64,000 nt of DNA from Candidatus Nealsonbacteria bacterium (GTDB lineage: Bacteria > Patescibacteriota > Minisyncoccia > Minisyncoccales > CAZKCU01), in the NCBI GenBank assembly GCA_047456305.1, contig CP179888.1, positions 381,307 to 445,306 on the forward strand, written 5' to 3'. Numbering within the stretch: the stretch's first letter is position 1; each line of letters starts with the position of its first letter. A model generated the notes under the pieces. That model did no database searches. It saw only the letters and a program-made list of their open reading frames with translations, and was not told the DNA's origin. This document shows, in pieces, positions 27,163 through 34,439 of this stretch. The position numbers and the translations under genes were made by a program.

Positions 27163-27876
27163 ATGAACCAACAAGAAAACATTCAAACAGAATATGAGGA
27201 GGAAATTGATTTAATGGATTATATTAAAGTGATATTTAAAAGGAAGTGGTTGATTTTAGTTATATTTTTAGTGGCTGTAATTGCAGCTGGAGTTTTTAGT
27301 TATTTCGCCCCCAAAATTTATAAAATTAGTGCTTCTTTTGAGATAGGGATAATAGGAGATAAAATAATAGAAGAACCTAACCAGGTAATAGGAAAAATTA
27401 ACGGTGATGCCTATGGGATTTTAGTGAGAGAAAAATTAGGGATATTAGAGTACCCAGAAGTAAAAGCTGAGAATCCAAAAGGGACCAATTTGGTAATAAC
27501 TGAAACAGAATCTATTAATCCGGAGTTGACTAAAAACGTTTTAAATGAAATTAATAATTTAATCATAGAAGACCACCAAAGAGAAATTAACCTCCGAAAA
27601 GAACTTTTAGAAAAAGAGATTCAAGGATTGCAGGAAAGTATTAATTATTTAATTTCCAAAAACCAGGAAATAGTCCTTCTTCAATTAAAGCTGCATGACT
27701 TACAAAAACAAAAAGAGAATTTTCAACCTACCCAGGTAATTTTAAAAGCTACGGTTTCTAAAAAACCGATAAAACCAAAACTGGCCTTAAATATCATTAT
27801 AGCCGGGGTATTGGGAATTTTCGTGGGACTATTTTTTGCTTTTGGAAAAGAATGGTGGGAGAAGAATAGAACGTAA
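27163..27876 (+). CDS. Wzz-like polysaccharide chain-length determinant
   Basis: EIDLMDYIKVIFKRKWLILVIF... (TM1), a coiled-coil middle part, and a C-terminal TM helix (LNIIIAGVLGIFVGLFFAF). Confidence 0.75.
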   Translation: MNQQENIQTEYEEEIDLMDYIKVIFKRKWLILVIFLVAVIAAGVFSYFAPKIYKISASFEIGIIGDKIIEEPNQVIGKINGDAYGILVREKLGILEYPEVKAENPKGTNLVITETESINPELTKNVLNEINNLIIEDHQREINLRKELLEKEIQGLQESINYLISKNQEIVLLQLKLHDLQKQKENFQPTQVILKATVSKKPIKPKLALNIIIAGVLGIFVGLFFAFGKEWWEKNRT

Positions 27877-27879
27877 CTA

Positions 27880-27908
27880 TTGACAAAAATTGTTTGTTTT
27901 GCTAATAT
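27880..27908 (+). promoter_or_regulatory. sigma-70-type promoter (TTGACA-17 nt-TAATAT)
   Basis: TTGACA at 27880-27885 and TAATAT at 27903-27908, with a 17-nt spacer, directly after the wzz stop. Confidence 0.55.
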
Positions 27909-27914
27909 AGAAAC

Positions 27915-27986
27915 AGTGAGTGCGCCAAACGGCACTCCATCTAAGTCGACGACAGGCTTCCCTCGAGCGAAGCCTGTTGTTTTTTA
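27915..27986 (+). ncRNA. candidate small RNA (promoter + two hairpins + intrinsic terminator)
   Basis: Hairpin GAGTGC-gccaaacg-GCACTC, then ACAGGCTTC-cctcgagc-GAAGCCTGT followed by TTGTTTTTTATT. No ORF. Identity unknown. Confidence 0.35.
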
Positions 27987-28162
27987 TTAATCTTTGATAA
28001 AATATAATTGGGTCGGGAGGATAGCACTCACTAAAGACTTAGAATAGGAGTTAACTCTCCCGGCCCTTTTTATTTTTGTGGTAGAATAAAGACGATGAGA
28101 TTTCTGCGAAATTTCATCTAAGAAGCTTCGTAAATTTCTAACGAAATTTACTTGCTAAATTA

Positions 28163-29068
28163 ATGAGTATTAAAAAACTTTTACCAAGAGTTAAAACGAA
28201 TACTTCTTTAAAAAACTACACTACTTTTAAGATTGGGGGTCGGGCTAAATACTTTTATGTAGCAAAAACAAAAGAGAATTTGGTGAAAGCAGTAAGGGTG
28301 GTAAAGAAAATGAAATTGCCATTTTTTGTTTTGGGAGGAGGCTCAAATTTATTGATTTCTGACAAAGGGTTTAAAGGACTAGTTATAAAATTCGGTCAAC
28401 CGCTTTCTTTATATGTTTCAAAAGGCCTAGAATGGGCAGTTGGTATTCCCGGAACTATTCAGGGAGCAGTTTGGAGTAATGCTGGCGCTTTCAAAAAGTC
28501 AATGAAAGATGTTGTTAAAGAAGTTGAGGTTTTTGATACTAAAACAGGAAAAGTTAAAATTTTTAAAAATAAAGACTGCCGGTTTTCCTACAGAAATAGC
28601 ATTTTCAGAAAGGAAAAAAATTTAATTATTCTTTCGGTAAAAATCAAATCGAAAAAAAGTAATACCAAAAAAATAAAGCAATATTCAGACTATAGAAAAA
28701 AAACTCAACCATTAGAGTTTCCTTCAGCAGGAAGTATTTTTAAGAATCCGAAGAACTTAGTGGCAGGAGAATTATTGGGCGAAGAAGATAAACCTTCTTC
28801 TTCAGCCTTCGCTGCCGCTCGGCTAATTGGCGAAGAAGATAAACCTTCTTCTTCAGCCTTCGCTGCCGCTCGGCTAATTGAAGAATGCGGATTGAAAGGA
28901 AAAAAAATTGGAGAGGTTCAGGTTTCTAAAAAACATGCAAATTTTATTATTAATTTAGGAGATGGAAAGGCAAGAGATGTTAAAAAATTGATAAATTTAA
29001 TAAAAAGAAAAGTGAAAAGTAAATTTGGAGCAAATTTGGAAGAGGAGATTCAATATTTAGGTTTTTAA
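28163..29068 (+). CDS. murB: UDP-N-acetylenolpyruvoylglucosamine reductase MurB (with a 34-aa repeat insertion)
   Basis: LKNYTTFKIGGRAKYF, FFVLGGGSNLLISD, PSAGSIFKNP, IEECGLKGKKIGEVQVSKKHANFIINLG. Confidence 0.93.
   Translation: MSIKKLLPRVKTNTSLKNYTTFKIGGRAKYFYVAKTKENLVKAVRVVKKMKLPFFVLGGGSNLLISDKGFKGLVIKFGQPLSLYVSKGLEWAVGIPGTIQGAVWSNAGAFKKSMKDVVKEVEVFDTKTGKVKIFKNKDCRFSYRNSIFRKEKNLIILSVKIKSKKSNTKKIKQYSDYRKKTQPLEFPSAGSIFKNPKNLVAGELLGEEDKPSSSAFAAARLIGEEDKPSSSAFAAARLIEECGLKGKKIGEVQVSKKHANFIINLGDGKARDVKKLINLIKRKVKSKFGANLEEEIQYLGF
28778..28879 (+). repeat. family-A palindromic element, two perfect tandem 51-bp copies, in frame in murB
   Basis: GGCGAAGAAGATAAACCTTCTTCTTCAGCCTTCGCTGCCGCTCGGCTAATT occurs twice (28778-28828 and 28829-28879). 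Each encodes GEEDKPSSSAFAAARLI. Confidence 0.95.
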
Positions 29069-29140
29069 AAATGAAAATTTTTTAATTTTTAACTTTTCCA
29101 CTATTGACAAACTTTCTTGAAATGAAAAAATAAAGTAATA

Positions 29141-29189
29141 GGAACCGTTTGCTTCGCTCACTGTAATTTGCTCTGCAAATTAAAAAAAA
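29141..29189 (+). repeat. family-C/D element (short form)
   Basis: GGAACCGTTTGCTTCGCTCACTGTAATTTGCTCTGCAAATTAAAAAAAA. It is related to the copies at 33262-33317 (minus strand) and 40284-40424. Confidence 0.7.
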
Positions 29190-29246
29190 CTTTTTTCCAA
29201 ATAGTGGTCGACTATTTGCGGCATTTTTTAAAAAAAATCTAATTTC

Positions 29247-29294
29247 ATGGCAAAGAAAAAAAAGAAAAAGAAGAAGAAAAAGAAGAAGAAATAA
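29247..29294 (+). CDS. 15-codon micro-ORF, MAK(13) (poly-lysine); coding status uncertain
   Basis: ATG GCA followed by 13 AAG/AAA codons and TAA, immediately upstream of a strong terminator hairpin. Confidence 0.2.
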   Translation: MAKKKKKKKKKKKKK

Positions 29295-29305
29295 AATCTT
29301 CTCAG

Positions 29306-29342
29306 CCGAGCACATAAATCTTATGTGCTCGGTTGTTTTTTT
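29306..29342 (+). terminator. intrinsic terminator (family-B hairpin)
   Basis: CCGAGCACATAA-atc-TTATGTGCTCGG is a perfect 12-bp stem, followed by TTGTTTTTTT. Confidence 0.8.
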
Positions 29343-29366
29343 GTATAGATTTGTTAATATTGAATG

Positions 29367-29420
29367 ACGAAGAGAATTTCATTCTCTTCTTTACCTTCGC
29401 TTCCTTCGGAAGCTCGGTGT
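29367..29420 (+). repeat. family-A palindromic element, intergenic copy just upstream of hpf
   Basis: GACGAAGAGAATTTCATTCTCTTCTTTACCTTCGCTTCCTTCGGAAGCTCGGTGT. It artificially extends the hpf ORF at the 5' end. Confidence 0.8.
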
Positions 29421-29867
29421 ATGAAGATTATTATAAAAACGAAAAATATAAAACTAAACCGGCCCCTCAAGGATTATATTGAGGAAAAACTAAACTCTCT
29501 TGAAAAATTTTTAAAAACTTTTCAAAAGAAAATATATTATAATCATTTTTTTGGCAAAGGAAAGCCAAGAATTGAGGCCTGGGTAGAAATTGGGAAGGAA
29601 AGTTTACATCATCGAAAGGGGCCTGTTTTTCGGGCCGAAGTTCAAATGAGATTTCCGGGAATGAGTTTGAGAGCAGAAGCTGTTTCAAAAAATTTAAGAA
29701 CAGCTATAACCGAAGTAAAGGATGAATTACAGAGAGAATTTAAACAATATAAAGAAAAAATAACTTCTTTGGGCAAAAGAAAAACCAGGGCTCTAAAAAA
29801 AGACCTCCGTCTATCTCCTCAGGCGAGGTTTTATAGAAAGGGAAGAATAAGGGAAGAGGGAATATAG
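29421..29867 (+). CDS. hpf: ribosome hibernation-promoting factor / ribosome-associated inhibitor (HPF/RaiA family)
   Basis: MKIIIKTKNIKLNRPLKDYIEEKLNSLEKF... is typical of the family. The ORF-track start at 29364 lies inside a repeat, so ATG 29421 is preferred. Confidence 0.8.
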   Translation: MKIIIKTKNIKLNRPLKDYIEEKLNSLEKFLKTFQKKIYYNHFFGKGKPRIEAWVEIGKESLHHRKGPVFRAEVQMRFPGMSLRAEAVSKNLRTAITEVKDELQREFKQYKEKITSLGKRKTRALKKDLRLSPQARFYRKGRIREEGI

Positions 29868-29890
29868 AAGCTAAAAGTTTAAAGACTAAA

Positions 29891-29920
29891 TAAACCCCGT
29901 TAGAGACTAACGGGGTTTAC
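29891..29920. terminator. palindrome TAAACCCCGTTAG-AGA-CTAACGGGGTTTA between convergent genes
   Basis: Perfect hairpin shared by the hpf 3' end and the stop region of the minus-strand ATPase gene. The same arm sequence recurs at 34338-34403. Confidence 0.6.
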
Positions 29921-32123
29921 TAAAATCGATATTATATCTACCACATCTTGAGCCCAGAGAGGCAATTTTTTTTCCATCTCTTATTATATTTATTACCTCA
30001 CAACGATTTGAACACTTATGACAAGTAAAAGAAGCGGTAGTGTATTGGAAGTTAGCTAAATTAAATCCTTTAAAAAGAGATTTAGTTGGGTTGGCTTCTT
30101 GGGCAAGAATAGCCGCCCCAATTGCACCAATTATTGGGGCATGTTTGGGGACAATTACTTTATGGGAAAGTTCTTCCTCCAATGCTTTTACCACTGCTTT
30201 GTTAAGAGCAACACCTCCCTGGAAAATATAAGGTGGTTTTATATCTTTTCCCTTAGCAACCAGGGCAAGATAATTTCTGACAAGACTTTTAGCTACTCCT
30301 GATAAAATATTTTCTTTTGCCACTCCGGCATTCAATTTATGGACACAGGAGGTTGTTCCAAAGACAGCACATTTAGCGCTAATTGTGGCAGTTGATTTTG
30401 CTTTAAGGGCAAGATTACCAAATTTTTCTATTGGAATTCCTAATCTGAAGGACACATTCTCAAGGTAGGCGCCACAGCCGCCAGAACAATTATGAACTGT
30501 CAAAAGATTAGCTATATATGAATTATCATCTTCTGTTTTTAGATTATACACCTTTCCTTTAAAGTCTTTTTTTTCAATTTGTTCTATCGGCTCGAACAGC
30601 CAATTAGAATGAATAAATGACTTAAAAGGACTTCTCTTAGATACTTTTTTATCGATAAGTCTATTAATATCAGTGCCATAAACTGCAATATGATAACTGA
30701 TATTTCCACTCGTGGTCTTTTGGTTAGAATTGAAAAGTTTACATTTAATCTGATTTCCTAACAATATCCAATATAACTGATGTGCTAATTTTTCAGACGT
30801 CGTTGTTGCTGTATAGCTATTAGCGCTTTTTCCGTGTCTTTTGTCTTTTTTAATTCTAAGACAACCATCTCCTATAAAAAAACCCTTCACCAATTCCAGT
30901 TGTAGCTTTGGAGCCAGAGTCATAAGTTCTGCTGCTATTTCTTTTTTATTGCAATATTCACCACAGAGATAGTTAAATATAGAAGCGAGACTTTTATTAT
31001 AGACTTCTAACTTTAAAGTTTTGTGTTGTGGTAAAAAAGAAACTTTTGTGGATACATCAAAATTTTTTGTTAAAGTCTGAATTATTTCATCCACGTAATT
31101 TTTTTCTTTTATATTAAAAACAAATATGATACCGGCAATATGCTTAATTTTTTTGTTAGTTCTTTTTTTATTCCAAGAAAGATTGCCTTCAGCTAAATAA
31201 TAGCCTAAAACACGCAATAGTTTTGGGGTGAAGGAGAATTTACTAACTTCTCTCAATTTATGATGTTTAAGATATATAGTTTTACCTTTCCAATCTAGAT
31301 ATTCTTTGTTGTTTATTTCTTGTGGTAAGGGAGTAACAATAAAATCTCCCATTTTTAACTCTTTGGCTTGAATAAATTCTGGTTCATAAAACATTTTAGA
31401 ACCTTTCTTACATCTATGCCTTTTGCACCAATCTACATTTCTTTCTCCAAGTGGTTTACATACTCTAATCTTTTCTATTTTTCCTTCCCGAAAATCCTGA
31501 TAACATTTAATAGTATCTCTTTTCAAAGCCAAAACAGGATGTTCTGGTGTTATTTTTAATTCTTTCTTTCCTATCTTGATTTTTAATATTTTTCCACTAT
31601 AATTTCGAATAAACTTATTTTTCACTTTTTTGAATTGGCCGCGATGTGTTAATACTTTTTCATTAGGTTTAACATCTTTTATGGGTTTTGGTATGTAACT
31701 CTCAGCAGTAATTTTTGTATCGTCAGGCACACAAATTTGATTCATACCAAAGTCTATTAAAACCTCGTTTCTCAAAATAAGAATTTTACTGTCTTCTTGT
31801 CCAAGGTCAAAAATAGTTTGAGCATTGGGTATAAAATGCAAGGTGCCAACAGCATGGGCAAGGATTTCAGTTTTTGTTATATCAGCGCCAATAAAAGCCC
31901 CTCCTAATTTTCTACCTGCCCCGGTAGTTCCAACAGCTGTGATTTCAACATCTTTCCTGAGTTTTTTTAATCCCTTTTTGATGGTTTCAATCACTCCAAG
32001 GTTTTTTATATAAACCCAATCAATTAATTTACCTTCTTTTGTTATTAAGGCAAATTTTATTGTTCCATTTCCGATGTCAAGGCCCAAAGCTGCTTTTATT
32101 TTGCTGATTTTTTTCGTTTCCAT
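29907..32123 (-). CDS. BcrAD/BadFG-type ATPase (acyl-CoA dehydratase activase-related) interrupted by an intein
   Basis: N-extein is LGLDIGNGTIKFAL...AVGTTGAGRK...DLGQEDSKILIL...FGMNQI. C-extein is CSGGCGAYLE...SAKCAVFGTTS...IFQGGVALNKAVVKALEEEL...GAIGAAILA, plus a C-terminal CHKCSNRC...RCGRY Cys cluster. Confidence 0.85.
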   Translation of the reverse strand: METKKISKIKAALGLDIGNGTIKFALITKEGKLIDWVYIKNLGVIETIKKGLKKLRKDVEITAVGTTGAGRKLGGAFIGADITKTEILAHAVGTLHFIPNAQTIFDLGQEDSKILILRNEVLIDFGMNQICVPDDTKITAESYIPKPIKDVKPNEKVLTHRGQFKKVKNKFIRNYSGKILKIKIGKKELKITPEHPVLALKRDTIKCYQDFREGKIEKIRVCKPLGERNVDWCKRHRCKKGSKMFYEPEFIQAKELKMGDFIVTPLPQEINNKEYLDWKGKTIYLKHHKLREVSKFSFTPKLLRVLGYYLAEGNLSWNKKRTNKKIKHIAGIIFVFNIKEKNYVDEIIQTLTKNFDVSTKVSFLPQHKTLKLEVYNKSLASIFNYLCGEYCNKKEIAAELMTLAPKLQLELVKGFFIGDGCLRIKKDKRHGKSANSYTATTTSEKLAHQLYWILLGNQIKCKLFNSNQKTTSGNISYHIAVYGTDINRLIDKKVSKRSPFKSFIHSNWLFEPIEQIEKKDFKGKVYNLKTEDDNSYIANLLTVHNCSGGCGAYLENVSFRLGIPIEKFGNLALKAKSTATISAKCAVFGTTSCVHKLNAGVAKENILSGVAKSLVRNYLALVAKGKDIKPPYIFQGGVALNKAVVKALEEELSHKVIVPKHAPIIGAIGAAILAQEANPTKSLFKGFNLANFQYTTASFTCHKCSNRCEVINIIRDGKKIASLGSRCGRYNIDFSKPR
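30489..31733 (-). mobile_element. 415-aa intein with a LAGLIDADG homing-endonuclease domain
   Basis: Begins with Cys (CVPDDTKI, codon 31733-31731). TxxH block (ITPEHPVL). LAGLIDADG motifs LGYYLAEGN and VKGFFIGDGC. Ends ...YIANLLTVHN, followed by the +1 Cys (codon 30488-30486). Confidence 0.9.
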
Positions 32124-32150
32124 AATAATGTCCTAATTTGGATAGGTTAT

Positions 32151-33281
32151 TTATTTTTCCCTCTCCTTTTTTCTTTTAATCATTTCAACAAAAGCCTCGA
32201 TTCTGTTATCTATAGCTGTTTCAGATGTATTCTCATCAAAGGAAAGAGCAAGAAAGGGGATATTATATTTTTGGGAAATTGTCGGCAAAAACATCTGGGC
32301 AATGTTTTCTGGCATACAGCCTCGGGGTTGGATAAGAATAAGGCCATCATAGCCTTCTTTTCCGTAAAGGATAGCTTTTCCAATTGATTGTTGGTCCTCG
32401 CCTCCACCCGGGACCTTTAAATATTGAGGAGCAATCATATGCTTTATCCACCAACGGGGAAAATTTAGTTTAACTGAAGCGAGCAACCATCCTGCTTCAG
32501 ATGTTTTTTGGCTTACAAGTACACCTCTTTCCCCAAGTTTAGATTCTATATTTTTATTGACAAAAGGTTCAAGGACGCAAAAAGCTTCCCCAAGTATCCC
32601 TACCTTTAAAATATCATGAGGGTCTTTCTTATCTCTTTTTATAATTTTAAACATTTCATTTATTTTTAAATTTAGCAAACTCATTTCTTTTAATGTTTGA
32701 GCTTTATCTACTTCTTTGAGAGCTTCTTCCATTACTTTTGAACTTTCACCCTTTCTTAACTCATAGGGTCTTGTCTTTCTGGCTAAAATTTCTATTTTTT
32801 CTATAACTTTTAATTTTCTCCAAAAAAAAGGAATGGGTTTTAAGCTTTTTTTTAGTGATATTTTGGGATTTGCTTTTTTTAGAGTTTTTATTGCATCTTG
32901 AGGGTTACTTGCAGTAATTATTCTAAATTTATATCCAATCTTTTTTAATGTTATTCTTTGGAGTTTAGAATAATAGCGAAGCCTGCAGAGACTTCCTTTC
33001 CCACCAGCCATAATTATGACCGTTGCTCCTTTTTCAAGGCACTCTATCATATTACCAAGAGTGAGCTTATATGGATAACAGGCGTCTGTTGGAGAATATT
33101 TTACCCCAAGTTTTTCCGTGTGTTTGGAGATTGGAGGCGGAATTAAAACATTAAAACCAAGCTTTTCAAGAAATGCTTTACCAGCAATCCAGGTATATCC
33201 GCAATTGGGAAAGGTGATAATTTCTTTCATAGTGTTGATTATTTCTGAATTTATATTTAATTTGCGAAGCAAATTGCCCAC
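32151..33281 (-). CDS. acyl-CoA dehydratase activase-related protein (DUF2229/HGD-D-like subunit)
   Basis: ITFPNCGYTW...SPTDACYPYKLTLGNMIECLEKGA...GSLCRLRYY...LSFDENTSETAIDNRIEAFVEMI. The probable true start is ATG 33230 (MKEIITF), because the first 17 codons of the ORF are a repeat element. Confidence 0.7.
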   Translation of the reverse strand: MGNLLRKLNINSEIINTMKEIITFPNCGYTWIAGKAFLEKLGFNVLIPPPISKHTEKLGVKYSPTDACYPYKLTLGNMIECLEKGATVIIMAGGKGSLCRLRYYSKLQRITLKKIGYKFRIITASNPQDAIKTLKKANPKISLKKSLKPIPFFWRKLKVIEKIEILARKTRPYELRKGESSKVMEEALKEVDKAQTLKEMSLLNLKINEMFKIIKRDKKDPHDILKVGILGEAFCVLEPFVNKNIESKLGERGVLVSQKTSEAGWLLASVKLNFPRWWIKHMIAPQYLKVPGGGEDQQSIGKAILYGKEGYDGLILIQPRGCMPENIAQMFLPTISQKYNIPFLALSFDENTSETAIDNRIEAFVEMIKRKKEREK

Positions 33282-33317
33282 TATTCACACACAGCAGTGA
33301 GGGCAGCTGACGGTTCC
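33262..33317 (-). repeat. family-C/D element (long form) between two operon genes
   Basis: Minus strand reads GGAACCGTCAGCTGCCCTCACTGCTGTGTGTGAATAGTGGGCAATTTGCTTCGCAAA. It contains the 22-nt core GCTGTGTGYGAAYAGTGGGCAA. Confidence 0.75.
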
Positions 33318-33327
33318 TTTTAAGGAT

Positions 33328-34239
33328 TTAACCTTTTCTTTTTAACATTTCGAGGAAGGCCTCAATTCTTGTTTTGACGGTTTCTTTGCTAGTGTTTTCA
33401 TCAACAAGGATAGAAAGAATTGGTTTTTTTGAGTCTTCAAGCAATAACTGTTCATGGAGAAGAGAATCCGGACCGCAATTGAAAGAAGAAATAAGAATGA
33501 GGCCTGATATTTTTTTAACAGATAAGGCCCAATAAGCAGCTCCAATAACTTCCCTTTCATATGACCAATAAATAAAAGGCTTTTCTTTGAGATATCTATC
33601 AGAAAGAGATTGAGGCACAAGATTAGAGGTGATAACATTGACATTTTGCTTTTCTATTTCAGAGATTAATCCTTGATTGATATAATTATCATAAATGTTA
33701 TATTCGTGACCTACCACGGCGACAGTAAGGAGAGGCGAGGCTAATTTTTTTTGAAACTCCTTTTCAAGAGAAATTTTATTCATTTCTTGGGCATTAAGAG
33801 CCGCTCTCCAAGCTTTTATAATTTTTAGAGGGTTTTTTTTAAGTTTCAAGCCCAAAAGGAAAAAAGAGAGAAATATTGGTTTTCTTTTAATATTGATTGT
33901 TGTCGTTAATATCTTTTGGGGGGATTTACTCCTGATGACCATGGTAGCTGTATCTGGTAAGGTTATAAGCTTTGGGCAGGTTATACTTTTTTTATCGATT
34001 ATCCAGTATCTTGGGATAAAAATCCAGTCGCATTTATCAATAAGGTCAAGACAGTGCCCATAAAAATTTTTTACTGGAATACAAAGTTCATCAACTGATT
34101 TTTTTGTTCCCTGTTCAACTATCTTTTTGTTTGTATCAGATGAGTTAACAACCTCCATTCCGAGTTTTTTAAAGAATACCTCCCAGAGACTGTGATATTT
34201 ATACCAAAGTAATCCTTTGGGAAGACCTATTTTTTTCAT
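33328..34239 (-). CDS. acyl-CoA dehydratase activase-related protein (DUF2229-like subunit)
   Basis: IGLPKGLLWYKYHSLWEVFFKKLGMEVVNSSDTNKKIVEQG...ELCIPVKNFYGHCLDL...LSILVDENTSKETVKTRIEAFLEML. Confidence 0.7.
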   Translation of the reverse strand: MKKIGLPKGLLWYKYHSLWEVFFKKLGMEVVNSSDTNKKIVEQGTKKSVDELCIPVKNFYGHCLDLIDKCDWIFIPRYWIIDKKSITCPKLITLPDTATMVIRSKSPQKILTTTINIKRKPIFLSFFLLGLKLKKNPLKIIKAWRAALNAQEMNKISLEKEFQKKLASPLLTVAVVGHEYNIYDNYINQGLISEIEKQNVNVITSNLVPQSLSDRYLKEKPFIYWSYEREVIGAAYWALSVKKISGLILISSFNCGPDSLLHEQLLLEDSKKPILSILVDENTSKETVKTRIEAFLEMLKRKG

Positions 34240-34337
34240 ATTTTCTAACTTTCCTTTTGAAACTGTATTTCTATTATATCATATATCAAAAATATAAAAT
34301 GTAGAAAAGACTTCCAAGATTTTCCCAAATATAAGGC

Positions 34338-34403
34338 TTTACCCCGTTAGAGATTTGCTTTTTTTGTACTTTCTCTATGCCTTTGTAATCTCTAACGGGG
34401 TTT
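34338..34403. repeat. inverted repeat AAACCCCGTTAGAGAT ... ATCTCTAACGGGGTTT (32-nt spacer)
   Basis: The arms are identical to the palindrome at 29891-29920. It lies in the divergent region between the activase operon and secA. Confidence 0.8.
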
Positions 34404-34428
34404 ACAAATCCCTTAATTTTAATATAAT
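34401..34428 (+). promoter_or_regulatory. candidate secA promoter (TTTACA-16 nt-TATAAT)
   Basis: -35 at 34401-34406 and -10 at 34423-34428. The ATG at 34440 implies a leader of only about 5 nt. Confidence 0.4.
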
Positions 34429-34439
34429 TAAAAAGTATT

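Noticed and set aside
12509-27876. The whole glycan cluster as a horizontally acquired island.
   Set aside because: Its composition and SD-less start contexts look like the rest of the window, and there are no flanking tRNA, integrase or direct repeats. It is treated as a native but variable locus.
28778-28879. The short in-frame GC-rich inserts could be mini-inteins or introns that are removed.
   Set aside because: At 16-17 codons they are far too small for an intein and lack the Cys/Ser...HN-Cys boundaries. No group I or II intron features are visible. Removal at the RNA level cannot be excluded from sequence alone, so it is listed only as something to test.
29082-29315. 77-aa minus-strand ORF (LLFLLLFLFF...).
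   Set aside because: It is the antisense translation of the poly-purine (AAG/AAA) tract and spacer. It is low complexity and overlaps a promoter-like sequence, repeat elements and the left arm of the 29306-29332 terminator hairpin.
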